Below, in pieces: positions 24,181 through 39,023 of a stretch of DNA of 53,057 bases. Positions within the stretch are counted from its first letter, which is position 1, and the number at the start of each line of letters is the position of its first letter. Under the pieces are notes generated by a model, which searched no databases, was not told the DNA's origin, and saw only the letters and a list, made by a program, of their open reading frames with translations. Both the position numbers and the translations under genes were made by a program. Origin of the DNA: Seison nebaliae (taxonomy: Eukaryota); NCBI GenBank assembly GCA_023231475.1, contig JALJEE010002581.1:1-53057 (forward strand), read 5' to 3'.

Positions 24181-27034
24181 TCAATTCTCTTCAATTTTAT
24201 CTATTTTAGTGGAACTGTTCGCCAATCGATCGGGCATCGTCTCTTGACGACAAATAGAACAATTGGCTGAAGTGACGATTCCTCTCAATTTCTCCCGTTT
24301 AAATGAACCGGCGTACATATAGAATGGTAGAGTTAAATCAGTAAACGGACTGACTTTCTTCGCCGCCAATTTGAAGCAATGATCGTCGACGAACGGTTTC
24401 TCACTCGATAACAAAGAAGAATTTTTATGGAACATATTTATGTATTTGTCATGCAACATCTGATGTGTAGTGGAGAGACCGTTTTTGGAGGATTGTCGAC
24501 ATTTCTCTAGTTCGACGTGAAACATTCTTTTATAACATGACCAACAAATTGGACTAATTTCCTGGAACTAAATTGCGAAAAGGAGAATATTCGAAATCAT
24601 TTTTTTCGGAAAAGAAGAATAATTAAACTTTCTTCGATTTCTTATTCTGTAACGACGATTTGCTCATGATACACAAGTGAGTTTGTGTAGAAACATTTCG
24701 ACAATTGGATGTCTTCACCGATTCGTCGGCTTGATAGGAAGAAGTTCGATGTTCCCGACAAGTATTCAATTCCACTTTTACATTATCAATTCGATTTTCC
24801 ATATCATCCATCTTCAACAAGTTTTCCGTTTCGTCACATTCATCCATCTCATTCTCTTCCGCTATCGTTTCACTAATCGAATGATTGTGATTGATCAGTT
24901 GTTTCATTGCAATTTTCTTCTTACTATTCCATTGAATGGTCTTCAGTTCCATTTTATTCGTTGAGTCGTCAGATATTTCAGTCATTTGGAGATTGGAGTG
25001 TGGATTAATGATGATTTCACTCTCCATCACCATGTCGCCATATTTGCCGAGATAATTGTCGATAATCTTCTTATCTTGATCATTCGTCAATAATCTTTTC
25101 ATTAATTTCATGACGTTCCTCGAATTGTTATCGAGTTGAGCAGTCATTTCTTTCTGGTTTGTGCAACAGCTACAACGGAATTTCGAACAACAATTAAACA
25201 GTCGATAAATGAAGCGGAAGAATGACATTTTTTTGATGGAGAAGAATTTGGAGGTGAGAGAGAACACTACGAATAATCGATAATCGTGCCAGAACATGTG
25301 ATGTTTGTGACTGCGGACGATGTCGTCATCATTCTCTTCGTTGAAATTGTTACTGTTGATACTTGTGAATGTGGGTTTATGTTTGTTGTTCGAATTGGAG
25401 ATGTGTGTTGATGATTTCTCGTGAATTCTGCCAAGTGTTCCTCGACGATAATGGGAATGATGGGACGGAAAGCAAGAACGGAAACAACTGATCCATTCGC
25501 GACAGATACGGAAGAATTCTAAGCGAAATTGCGTGCTCATAATACAGTAACATGGGAAATTGCAAGCACAATTGAATAGAATGAGAAATTCCCCAAATGA
25601 TATCAATTCTTCGTAGAGAATTCCTATACAATTCTGATTACCGGTACCGCTCGAAAGCACTTGTGCTGTTAATAGAAGACCTTGTGGTACTTCTGTAATG
25701 ACGAATAAGATGACCATCGCTAGTAACATGGGTGTAACGGAATCTGTTTTAATTCTCTTCGATTTGGATGTTGTCGAATTCTTCCATAATCTCCACTTAC
25801 TTCGACTGGTTGTCGAATCGAGATAATTCTGATATTTATCCGTACGTACAAGAAGGAAATGTAAATGAGGAAGATGGATGTATTGATTCTGTCTCTCCAT
25901 ATACAGATTAGTGGCTCGTTCCTTCTCTCGGCACGACACATTTGTGGTAGGAACAACGGAGGTCGACTCCTTCGAAAACGGAACATTAATCACCAAATTC
26001 TGTACACATTTCTCCTTCGACTTATTCATTAATCGTCGATGCTTCTGAGTGTGTTGGCGGAGGATGTTCACCAATAAACTACTTAGAATCGTCAACAACA
26101 AACACGGTCCTAACTTGAAGCCGAACGACATCACATATAACATCACACTAAATAAAGATGCGACGACTCGCCTTGAATCGATTTTATAAACATTCTGACT
26201 CGATTCCACTTGCTCCATCTGCATCTTGATCGTGGTGGAATAAACATTTTGGAAATTGGTGAAATAATTAGTGATGGTGGATGTATTCATCTGCCTCCAC
26301 GGTATGGCTTGTGATGCGAGGATTCTCGAGATTGGCGTCGTTAATTGATTCGCCATCTGAAAATTGGTGTCATGAGCTAAGCGAACCGTATAAATGATGG
26401 GAAGGCAACTGCATAAGATGAGAAGAAGTATTGAGATACATGTGACAATTATTGCTGCAATTTTAGGTGTCTTTATTTCAATCGATTTCAAAAAGATCGA
26501 ATAATGGAAAGCGATTACTCGACCTTTATCTTTCCACTTCGTACTGCTCAATATCCGACAAAATTGACAACATTTATATTTGGAATTTATATTTCGTCGA
26601 ATTCTCTCATCTAGAACGATGGTGGATCGTGGTCGAACGGTAATATATCGAGTCGCTGCTAAAATTACAGTCGTCCAAATACTGGTCGAATGGGCCCAAA
26701 TAGTGATGAAGTTGTGAAAGAGGAAAAAGACTCCCCACCAATACGAGTCGAAGGTGAAGTTGGTCAAGTGTGGATGTGTGACTTCGTAAATCATGGAAAT
26801 GAAATAAGGAACGATCGTTATGATATCGAATATGGATAAGAAAATGAGAATGACATTCGTTACACTACTTCTCATTCGTTTTCTTGTGAGGATGATGAGA
26901 TTGAGGATATTGGCAATGAAACCGATACCACTTAGCATGATGGCCAAAGGCGGATGTTGTTGTTTATATCGACGACCGAAACTTGTTAGATAATAGAAGA
27001 ATGACGTACAATTCAATTCTTCGTACGAATCCAT
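24181..27034 (-). CDS. Class A neuropeptide GPCR, DmsR/myosuppressin (Srw-like) family, with very long C-tail
   Basis: Y...H..L....GFIANILNLIILTRKRMRS, HSTSIWTTV.LA.TRY, FKLGPCLLL, MLLAMVILFVITEVPQG, N.ACNFPCYCIMS.QFR. Intron 24568-24628 (GTTTAA...TAG; alternative acceptor 24562) joins the 114-aa ORF in frame. Confidence 0.88.
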
Positions 27035-29075
27035 ATTTGATATTTGTTAAAGGAAATGAGCTCATATATGTCTGGGATAAGAAAGAGTCGTCTCGTTCGT
27101 CATCTATCAATCACCATAGAATATAGATAGAAAATGAAGATGATAAAGATTGAGAAAAACGTAAATGTAAATTTTTCGTGTAAACATCAAAACTTTACAA
27201 ATATTGATGTTCATTACGGAACGAGGTCATTTGCATTCCAACAAAACTTCGTCCTCATACAACTTTAATCATTCGAATAGAATGCTCACTCAATCTCTCT
27301 CTCTCTCTCTGTGATTTTTCCTCCCTAATATTTCGTTGAACGGAAACGCTACATCTTATCCACACCAACCGATCATCAACAAGTCGTTTATATTTGTCGG
27401 AGCTGATTTGTTCGAGAGGAAACGTGATAAGTTTAATTAACATATCTTCAATGAGAAGAACTTGTTTGTACCATGTTGAATATTCATTATGGCAATCGAC
27501 TCGAATTCATTCTAAGTTCCTTTTATGCGCTTGATAAATATCGGAAGTGTAACTACTAATTCATAGAGTCGGATTAAATTCATTAAATATTAGACCAATG
27601 CGTTCAACCGGACTTTATAATTGTAAGATTATTATATCATTCGAACTTCGACGAGTAAACGGTAAATCAAATATTAATCAACCAATGTCGATATATGGAA
27701 TATACTGTGAATAAATAACAAACGATTAAGTTTCCTTCATTTCTCGGAGTGATGTGTAAATGATCTGATCGAATAGAACTAAATTTGAAGTGAAAGAAGA
27801 TTTGTTATCGAAGGAAGAATCGAGTTCAGTCTTACCAGACTGTTCATCGTCTTTTGTTTATTAGTTTCAATGTTTTTATGCAAAGTTCTTCTTTTATTGT
27901 TTGAAATAAAAAAAACTACACTATTATACTAAGGAATTCATGCAGCAAAACATGGAGTTGAGTAGACTATGTTATTATGCCTCTTGGACATTTCCTTTAT
28001 AGATTGGACGAATATTTTGCCTCTTTACTTCTCTAGTCGACTTGTAGGGTGGTGAGGTATTCCAAAAAAGAAATATGGATAAATCGATTCAAATGGAAGG
28101 AGAAATTGTCCGGAATGGTTGCTTTGCTTAGACTGCGTGAATAATCACCAAGAATCATGAAAACCATGCAATACAATTAATTGAAATTTATCACCAGTTG
28201 GATGATAGCAGTTGTAGGAATAGAAAGATATTTGATATAAGACGAAAGAATTATGAAAATCATATTTTCATATTTTCTTTAACTTAACCATCATACAATT
28301 GTTTCTTCTTGCATATTATTCAATTACTTAACAATTAAACCTTCAATTACCTGGCATCGAATTCTATACGGTTTTTGTTCTCTCAATACATTGAGATTGA
28401 GTGTTCCTCTCGAAAACCGTTGGTCCAATTCGACATGAATCGAAGAGAAATTGAAAAGTTAAGTTGATAAAACGGTTGAATAAAACATTCTCTTCCTTTT
28501 TATCTGTCTTTCTTCTCTACGTCGGGATCGATAGGAGAACATGTGCATAGTATTTACATATCTTCTATTTACTTTCGTTGCTTTTCTGAAAAATTTTTAT
28601 GAATTAATCTTTACCGAAAAATGAAATCACATTTATTATGATCTATCTCCCATCTATTATATTTCCCTTTACATTTATCGATTTGAGGCAGAGTGTCTCA
28701 TCTAATCATTTACACACACATTCAAGAGAAATGCCGGTATCACTTATTAGATTTTTGATGAAGACTGAGAAAGTTTCATTGAATTGAGAGGTAACCATTG
28801 ACTTGCCTCACGACGATTATGACGTCAATTTTCCATTTTTTTGTGACGAATGAAAAATCACAAATTTAATCTTTTTTAATTGAAATGTTTTAGAATTAAT
28901 CATTCCCCTTCTTTATAATCATTCTCCTCATTCTATTAACTGGTGACGAAGTTCTCTTCTTATGCCATCCATTTCTTCAAATTCCTTCCAATTAATTAAC
29001 ATCGGGAAATATCTATCTAATAAACATAAGTCGATTCGACGACCATTCCATATAATGATTTATCACATTCTCCTG

Positions 29076-29106
29076 GTGTGCGTGCGCGTGTGTGTGTGTG
29101 TGTGTG
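29076..29106. repeat. (TG/CG)n dinucleotide repeat
   Basis: gtgtgcgtgcgcgtgtgtgtgtgtgtgtgtg. Confidence 0.85.
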
Positions 29107-32100
29107 CGAACAAGTGTAAATAATGTGCTCTCTGTAATGAGAATGTTTTTCAATCTTCTTCTACGATCCCGACATCTGCTCCCCCTCCTCTCACATGTAA
29201 TCTACTTGTCCAATATCTCCAAATTGCGTTACTAATTGCGCTCAAACATTTTTCTCATGGACGAGGAAGATAAAGAAGACGAAGGAGAAACCCTCATGCA
29301 CACACATAAGACATTGGACTATCGAATAATTATTTCCGAAAGTATTCTCACGCATACTATAATTATTTATTAATCTTGGAAATGACAAGTTATATGATAA
29401 ATAAGATAAAATCATCATTAAATTTCCATCGATTACATTTGAGAATCTCACACAAATATATTCCATGTTAATGGAGAATTGAGTTAATGATGACTAGTGT
29501 TATTTTATCATCACATTCATTTCCATTCTTCAATATAGTCCCTCCCCAAAATACATCAATCGTCTCAAGTTGGAAAAGTTAATCGCCATTTGTTCCAATA
29601 TCATCCCTGAATGTTGAGTCGTTTGAATCGATCTTCTTAATCCGATTGTATTTAATTCGAGAGATTTCCTTTCAATAAACATATAAATATATTCTTTCCA
29701 TCTGCTCACATTAGTGCTCATATTCAGCTGTGTTATCGATATCGAATTTCCTAACGAAATGAGGCGAATCTGGAATTATTAAATTTCCAGTAAAACTGTC
29801 TGGTGGTTCAGTTGTGCAGGGAATGGTTGAACGTTTTCCCTTCTCCTTATCCTTCCTAATTCCCTCCTAATATCATTTCAACATTGGGAAATGATTTATC
29901 CGATTTAATTTCTTTTAATTTAATTTCAGTAGAATTTTTTATGGAAAAATTCTTGTCCAGAATTTCTGGAAAATAGATGAAAGGGAGAAATATTCATGAA
30001 ATTTTTCGTCGACGCAAAGAAGTTTATTCAACATATTCTCGATATGATATTTCTTCATTAGCTTATGATAGGTTTCTGTAATCGAATCATATTCTCTGTC
30101 AATTTTCCTGTTTATTAGTAGACTTTCTTGTAATCTTTAATTCATCAATCATATTTACCTGGAAATCTTTATTTATGGGCCTCTGAGTCATCAATCAATA
30201 AAATCATGGACACATCTGAAAATCTGTTAAATTTCTTATATCATATAATTTTTAGAGGGGAAACGAACTTGTAAACATTCAATGAGATTTCATTGTTCAT
30301 TTAGAAATTATTCCGGAATCGAATTTCCAATGAATTCCGGAGCATATACATGTGGAAGAATAGCGAGTTGCCAATAAGAAATATTCGACAACGATTCAAT
30401 ATTATCGGGAAGATCGTTCTTGTAAAGTTAAATGGAGGCTGTAGCTCTCCAAGATTTTATTTGCTGATAAGAAATAATGGAGTAAATCCAATTGAATAAA
30501 GTGGAATGATTTTGGAGGGAAAATGTTCGAACGACAATCGATGGAAATGTCCGATAAAATACATTCATATCAAAAGATAAAACACAGTAATTTTATGAGT
30601 AAATTTTTCTTGCGTTCCATTGTGATGAGTGACGATTAAGGAATTTAGATTTTCGATTCATTGAGAATTGATGACCAAATTGAAAATTGTTAAGATTACT
30701 TCATTCTTTCTCTCTGTTATTAAATGGTGGAGGGAAGAAGAAGGTGTTAATTCGAATAGAACGAAACATTAAGTAATTATTTTCGCTCGAATTATATGAC
30801 AACATAGAAATGTATGCATTCTTTGTCGGACCATTACGTTAAATTGCACCTGCAAGACCAAATTCAACACGATTGCCCCCAAAATGACGAAGAAGTGAGT
30901 AAAAATAAAATTTTCACAATATTTATGAGCATTTCTAAAATATTTGAATGAATTTTTAGTATAGTGAACATTCGAAACGAAATTTAGGCAATTCTATTTA
31001 AATGGAATTGTGCCGACTTCTATTTTGAAGTAGTCGATTTAAATTAAAACGATAAGTTTCTTTCAAGTCAATAGGGAATGACTGGTGGACAGATGACGGA
31101 TAAGATGAGGAGAAATTATATTTTCTTATACAACATTTCCGGTTGCAGAAGGAAAGGTTAAAATTCATTTTAATGCTAAACAATGTCAGCTATCTCTCTT
31201 TGAGAGATGATATAAATTAGAAAATCGTCTGAAAAATCTCTTAATTCTCCTAATTATTACTTAACTTAATAAAATGTTTTCGAGTTAATAAATCAAATAA
31301 AAAAACATTTACATCACATTAACATGTTGAGATGAAAGGACAAATATGCATATGATGGATACGTAATAGTTAAAAGGACCGAATAAAATGTAATTGATTT
31401 TGTTACACTCTTCTAATTAATGTGTCATTCATAAACTGATCGATTGATCGGTGTTTCCTCTTCTTCATTCGCGACATTAGTAAAGTAACAGTAAGAGTTG
31501 GATGGGAAGATGGTGAAAAATGAATAGAACATTTGAATTTAAAAGTAATGGTAAATAGTGTGAACGAAGGATAGATGGGGAAATGGGAATAGTGAAGTAG
31601 GAGCAACCTATCTGCATAGAATTAGCGGTGGTCCATCATTGTAGAGACATGGGGAGTAAATAATTGTTGGTGAGTGACAAACTGACGAAATAGATAAATG
31701 ATTCTTCTCAATTTAATGGATGTGGAACAATAAAAAAATGATTTCATCCATAAAAAAAATAGAATAAATTTTCTGTTCGTTTATGAACTTCACTCATTCA
31801 TCAGTAGTCAGCAAATACAATCCGTTAATGTTGAGAAATTCTAAGAAAAAGAATTTGGTGCGTACATATGGCAATCAACCTCTCCAATACTCCTTGCTTC
31901 CATCCATTATTAGGAATTCGATGATTCTCACTACGTTGTCGTGGCGAACGAAGTTGATGACCATACAGACAAATCAATCGTTTACAATCTATCTATCATC
32001 TATAATTTCCATCATCTTCTCCTTCTTCTGTTTTAGGATGAGGAAGATGGACATTCCACAGATCTTATCAAATCATTATGAAACTCATTTCCGTTCGTTT

Positions 32101-33465
32101 ATTTCTGTTTGGCATAGTCTTCTATCCATCGAATATGCATCTGTTCAATGGGGAGGAAGAAATGAAGAAAATCAGTTTAAGATAAGATAGATAATATTTG
32201 AAAAAATTAAATGATCTTCCAAAGGATATCGTACCATAATGACGATATTCAAACGATACGACACTTTTCTAATAAGGATGGGATTACATCTGCATACGTG
32301 AAAGGAAGTGCATATAGTTTAGTGTGAAGATTAAACGTAATTATGTTGATATGCATGATTTCACGTCAATTATTTATATGTTGGAATGAAGGTCGACGAA
32401 TAAAAGGAGAATTGAACGAAAAATAAGAATTGGATTTATCTTCTGGTTCGACTGGTACGAGCTTGTATTAAAAACAATAAAATTAAAAGAGTAATTTTTA
32501 ATTTTATTTCATTTAATTGATTGCATGAGACTAATGACTTCAACTAATCTCCATCAGACTATGAAACGTGCTCATGAACGAATGACTTGAACATCAGTCA
32601 GTCGTCTGACTCGGCAATCAATATGCTTGATGATGCACATTATTACATCTTTCTCCGGAGGGAGACATCCACTCTTTCTCATTCAGTTGGTGAGAAGTTG
32701 AGTGAGAAGAATGTTCTTAGTTTTTTATCGTGCAATTACGAGATGGAAACCCCTAAACGTCAGACGTCAAATAATTCGGTTTATTATGCACAACAACATC
32801 TTCTATGCATATTCACACATCAGAAGGAGAAGGATGAGTACAAATATGAGAATATTGATTCAAATTAGGACGCTGCTCATTTATTGGGAGGGCGATAGAT
32901 AGTCGAATTGGAGGACATTTAAGTATATCACTCTAATTAGTCGTTAGGTTGCAATTTGGGAGAAGAAGAATATAATATGAATTCCATGAGAAGAAAACAG
33001 TGGAAGTATCAAATAAGATAGAACCACTCAGAAGAGAAAGAAGAATTATCAATTATCATTATGTGGAGGATATCTGGGAAGAAATTTGTTCGTTTCCGTT
33101 CCTCTTAAGGCCGCAATGATCTATAAATAAAATTCATTAAATAAATAAATTATTTGGAGTTGGAATAATAAAAAATTGATGATGAAAACAGAATCTTTTT
33201 TTTCAAGTCATTTGCATATGTTTATTGTTCCGCCAACATTTATTCGATGAGGAGAAGAAATGGAGAATTGTGAAAAAAGATACTTCCATTGACTGACCGT
33301 TATTATCCTTATAAATAATTGTTTGAGGATGCTATATATTCGTGTTGAATTATTAGGCATGTATAAATATGAGGAATAATAAATATATCAGTTTAATTCA
33401 TCCTCAATTTATTTCATCAATAAAAGTAAGCGAAGCGCAAAAAAATTATCATTCCATCAAACGAA

Positions 33466-34833
33466 ATGAGTCGAGATACAATTGCCGATATCGATGTGAA
33501 TACCACCACATCCGAAGCGCTTATTAATCCCGTTCCTTCTTCCCATTCCTCTAACCTCCTTCTCAAACTCATTTTCTAGACCGGCGTTCTCGCTGTCCAT
33601 GTCAAAAAGATGACAAACATCGCGTTCAAGAACGACATTTCTGATGTGACAAAAATCTACTTTCGAATTTCTGTCGGCGATATCTGTCATACGACGACAA
33701 CCGTTCCCGTAAATCACCAAAGTACACTTCTCTTCGATAATCTACGACATTATCACTGTAAGGTTGACCCAAAGAAGGATGCACTGGCTAATCGGATTCA
33801 TCTCCAATTGTATGGAGTACTTGGATTGAAAGATCCGGAGAATCCGTTCGATATTCATCGCATTCTTGCTGCCAAAACCTTAAATCTTCTCGATATTATT
33901 CGGGTAGTAATCGAATATTATTCAATTACTCTATAATTATATTTTCTTCATTTTCTTCCTTAATCCAATAATGACAATAATTACCGTATAAAGACGATGT
34001 ATGCCAGCGAAAATATAACACTTGAACGACAGCGATTGGTTACGCAACTTCTCTGAACATGCCAGTCGTAATATGCTCGAATTTCTTTTCTTTCTAGAAA
34101 ATCGGACAAGTAACTATTGAATTCTGCTTCGCATATGGATCATTCGGTTATGGATACTCCAATCAAGTTATTAATTAACATCATTAAAAGATTTCAGTTA
34201 AGTGAACATGTATCATCAGATTGCCTCTCCCACCTATACGTTGAGTAGCGAAGAGAATTTGAGTCATTCGATGTTCCTCCGACTCGAGCCGCCTAGTGAC
34301 AGAAAACTACATAATTTGTACAAATTTCAATTTCATTAGTTACGTTTTCAATAATTTTCCAGAGACATTTTAGCTCCCCAATATGTTCCTCATCCGAAAT
34401 TCATGGAATTCGATGAGCATATCCGCACCCCCACCAAAATTCGAGGTAGTCACTTCTCTAGTAAGAAGGATGAAGATAGAGCATACCCTCTCCTATTCGA
34501 AACTATTAAGAAACCATACATGAAATTATTGAATGAATTTAACGATTGTACTAGTCGAGAACATCGAATCGATTTCCTTCATAATCTCATCTCTCTAAAC
34601 ATGAGAAAGCGGGAGCCGGAGAATTCGGTTAGACTTTCCCGTCCTTCTGACACTTAATACTTTGAATGTCTAATGTTTCCATTTAGTCTCTGTACGTCAA
34701 ATTGGATCCGATCGAGTTTGACGAAGGAAGTAAATCAACTAGTCAAATCTTCAAATCGTCGAGGCATCCGAGAAGGTCAAGAACAATGCCCACGACTCTC
34801 AGTTCGAATATCATAGGAAGTGAAAAACTTTAA
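33466..34833 (+). CDS. C2CD6: C2 domain protein of the C2CD6 (ALS2CR11/CatSper-tau) family
   Basis: Spliced product has GVLAVHVK, FRISV, LLFD.LRHY, EFCFAYGSFGYGYSNQ, SMFLRLEPP, APQYVPHP.F. These match the C2CD6 pattern as I recall it (G.LAVHIK, EFMFSYGNFGYGFSHQ, SMF..LAPP). Introns 33532-33579, 33904-33993, 34039-34097, 34167-34219, 34318-34362, 34628-34686. Confidence 0.85.
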
Positions 34834-36869
34834 CTGACTCTCCAAATTTGTAGCTAATAGTCCGTCATCATCATCACCTAAATTACCATGATGTTATCCT
34901 GTCAATATGAATCATAATTTTCCCGTTATCCCTCTTCCTTGGATAAACATTTGGAAGCATTACGTTTATCCGTTCTTTATTTACTTATCATATTTATTAT
35001 TTATTAACAAGAATGGAAGAAGCGAATGGAAAGAAATTCCACCTACAATAATGGGAAATTGAACAAGCATTCAGACATAATAGAATGATAATTGAATAAA
35101 TTCCAGTTTGATCCATCTACGACATGACATTTAATATCTCGCATATGAATCGCATCGAACAATTTCGTTATTAAGGAAACATCTTTTCATTTTTTTTCAA
35201 GAAGTAAACAATCCATCTAACATTCCGTGTTGAACGAACTTGTCGCTTCTCCACTTTAATTCTCTTATTATAAATCTTTTTATTGTTAACTTCCATTCCG
35301 AGACTTCAGACATATAATTGATTAATTCCATTAATTAAATCTAATTTCATTACTTTACTACTACTATTCATCACGATTATTTGGCGATCAACAAAAATTA
35401 TCTCCTAAATAACCTTTCTCAAAAACCGATTACTCTTCATAGAATTGTGATCTAAAAAAAATCAGTGGTTCTTTAATTCTCCAAAGTCCACATATTTTTT
35501 TTGCGAACCATTTTGTACCAAAATATTATTTCAATTCCGAAATTTAAATCACCTTTCTTATTTCTAAACATGTCCCCCTTCCTTCCAAGATGTTTCTATG
35601 AAAAATTGAAGTTCTACAATAAGTTAAACAATCTTACGAAGAAGAATTCCAAAGTAAAAAGATTTACGATTAATTTCTCGTAAGGTAAGAAGAAGAAAAA
35701 TAATGGGAAAGACTCGTTCATTTTGATAATGTAGTTTATCATCATTGTAGTTAACAGTTATTATGTAACAGCCACAATTGTAGGTTAACCTATAAAAAGT
35801 GTCATTTCCATCTTAAATTCAATTCTCAATTAATTACTTCTATTTTACTAATATATTCTCCAAATTTTCACACACACATTAATTCCACGAATTCTTTGAC
35901 GTGATTGTCATCATTTGATTAATTAAAATTAACTAATTCTAAATCACTCTTATAATTATAATTCAAACATCATTTATTATTATGTAACATTTGTAGTAGT
36001 TGGAATGCTATTTGATGCATATATTGGAACAAACCAAAATAATTTCCGCGATTTCAATACTGCTGAAAAATGAGCAAGAATCAAACACTGTTCTTGATGG
36101 AAAGAGTATTATATTTCAGACGAATGATGAAGACCATCTTACCAAAAATATTGAGAGAAAGATGATCAAATATCAACCAAAATCGAAATGAACATTGGGA
36201 TAATTTGATAGTCATATCAAATTTCGGTGGCGAATATTCATTTATGACGAACCTCAATGTTCTTGAGATGGATAATTTCCAAAAATTTAATAACCCTTCC
36301 ACTTTGTCAATAGTATTGTTTGAATATAAATTTCGTAGAATTAGAAACGCATGAAGAACATAAGGAAACAATCACAAACTAGTAGAAATTTAGAATTAAC
36401 TTGAACATTTTAAATTCACTGGGGCACATTAGTAAGCCTTTCACCGACATATTAATCGCCATCAATAAATTCATCAGAATAATTTATCATTCATCTACTT
36501 ATTATCATCTCACTTATCATATGAGTAAAAGTTGGTAATTCAAAAAATCGAAAGATCTTCTTGGATAAATTCCGTTATTGACAACTAGAATCGATTGAAC
36601 TTCGTTAATAATCGACTCAAATTTTCGATGTAATAAATTAGGAAATAATAGTTTCTTGAGTTTGTCAGATGGTAAGTGAGAGATGATCAATTTAAATTTA
36701 TATACGTATCAACTGAAATAATAAGATCGATTGAATTCAATTAATTACACCGGGAAGTTTCTTTAATAATTTGAAGTGCCATATTGAAGTATGTGCTACC
36801 AGGGATTTGGTTAAGAATGGTCTGACTAGTCTCCATTCATGTTGAATGGACGAGTTTCCACAGTTGCCT

Positions 36870-39023
36870 TCATAGTTTATGTCTGGAAATGGCTCGACGG
36901 AAATGTTCCGCTTCTGGTAATTTTAATATTTCCTTAATGTCTTGTGTTGTTACTCGGTAATTGGTGGATTTGACACTTGAGGGACGTGAACTACTCGCAG
37001 AATTGAGACGGGATAAATCTTTATTTTTCGTTTTTATCGGACATCCTGTGAAGAGAGGGTGTGGAGGATATTTAATTATCAATTAATGAAAGATAGGGAA
37101 CCTTTTGTAACAATCCATTCGTGCTTCAATGCATCCGAAGCTGTTGATCTGTCTGATGGATTGCTAACGAGCAAAGTATCAATAAATTGTTTAGCCGTTT
37201 CCGTTACTCCCAACCAAAACTGAAAAGAAAGAAAAGGTATAGAGGAGGAAAATAAAAGAAACTTCTTCGGGATATCCGTATTGATTTCTCAAGATTTTCC
37301 TATATAATTCCTTCCGATTCTCATCATCAAATGGCATTGATCCCGAAAGGACGATGTAACAGACAACGCCCGAGGCCCAACAATCCACTTTACTACAATA
37401 TTCACTCTGAGAAAGAACTTCCGGTGCAATGTACTCGGGAGTTCCACATGTCGTCGACATGACATCTAACGAATGTTTATCTTTAATCGAAGCCAAACCA
37501 AAATCAGATAGAAGAATACGAGAATTATCAGATTTTTCTTTATACAAAATATTCTCCGGTTTTATATCACGATGAGTGATACGTTGACCATGCAAATACT
37601 CGATGGCATCTAATAACTGTTTCATTAATTTGGCTGCTCTCGGTTCATCAAACGGACCATTTTCAACGATTCGATCAAACAATTCACCTCCATCAGCCAA
37701 CTCGAGCACCACATAATATTTATCTCTCGTTTCAATCAAATCAACGAACTTTACGACATTTCTATGTTTGATGTGACTCAAAATTTCCATTTCTTTATTT
37801 GCCACGTCATTCGTATTGTCATTCTTCACCATTATCTTGATGGCATATGATTGATTGGTGATATGATTAGTTGCTCGTACGACGTTCGAGAAACTTCCTT
37901 TGCCGATCAGAGCACAAATTTTATATTTTTCAGTGACGCGTCGATCAATTTTCGTTTTGTAAATAAAATTACTTTTGAGAATGGGTTCCTCTTTCACTTC
38001 ATTCGTTGTCTCTTCAATAGGAATCACTTCGAATTGTTTCTTTCGATTATCTTTCTCATACTCGAATTCTGGCTCCAAACTATCAGTACAAGTGTGGGCG
38101 GAGAAGCCACGTCGATTTTTCGACTGTTTACCCGATACATCGATCTTCTCCAATGTATCATTAATAGGTATAACTTTATTATTATTATTATTATTACCGG
38201 GTGATGGTATTGGAGTGGAGATGGCGGTTGTTTTGGTTTTATTAGTTGTTGATGTAGATGATGTGGGTGCGGGTGGAGCCTTCGATGAAAGGGAGCCCAT
38301 AACTATATTCTTATGGTTTCGAGTTTGATGGTCGTTGTTATTATCGTTGTTGTCGTCGTCGCTACGTTTGATTAGTTTCTCTTTCGTAACAATCGCGGAC
38401 AATTTACTATTTGAATTATAGTTATTTTCTCTTTCAATCTTAAATGTCGAAGAGTCACGTTTCTTGCTTACCTTTTCGTTGTCATGACAACCATTGATTT
38501 TCAGATTGTTGCCAATACTTATATCATTATCATTATTTGTGATAGAAGTGAAATTCGTTTCGGTTCTCTGTGAACTTAGGGAAAGTTCTCCTGATCGGAG
38601 AATCAACTCGTCTTTCCTCTGCGACAAGGTCTGTTCACCATCTCCACGGTTCCTAACTCTAGTTCGATGGTCCGACGGAGTGACACTCTTGTCGGGGAAG
38701 AAGGGAATTTGTTTTAAGTTTCTCCTTTCCTCTTGAATGTTATCGTCGGGATGAAAGGTGTTCGAGTCATCACTATCAGTCAGATGGAGTTTCGATGGGT
38801 TGTAAGTAAATGTTTTCATTCGGTTCTTAATACTATTCGATGTTCGAACATCCGTCAAATGTGACTTTTCCGGAATGTCGATTGCAACATGTTCGCTGGA
38901 AATATGCTTGAGATGTTGGTTCAATGGAGAACGATTATTCAGAATTATATTATTTTCTTTCGTTCCATTTGGTTTAGATGAATTTTGTGTCCATCGACGA
39001 TAAGCACAACTACCATTGCCCAT
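36870..39023 (-). CDS. PSKH1: Ser/Thr kinase H1 (CAMK group) with long low-complexity N-terminus
   Basis: YKTKIDRRVTEKY...ALIGKGSFS.VVR, ELADGGELFDRI, HRDIKPENIL, SDFGLAS, TTCGTPEYIAPE, LSGSMPFDDENR. Start MGNGSC is a myristoylation-type N-terminus. Introns 37220-37262 and 37046-37101. Confidence 0.9.

Noticed and set aside
25170..25265. Possible in-frame 96-nt GTT...TAG intron, or an internal start (MSFFRF), in the GPCR tail
   Set aside because: Frame-neutral, so it cannot be supported without transcripts. Not counted in the intron tally.
27035..33400. Short ORFs and a TGACGTCA (28820-28827) in the 6-kb gap upstream of the DmsR receptor
   Set aside because: No homology or consistent exon chain. 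A single 8-mer is expected by chance. Most likely regulatory or UTR-intron DNA.
35990..36371. Short ORFs with a coding-like look between C2CD6 and PSKH1
   Set aside because: Frames are broken and no family motif is recognisable.
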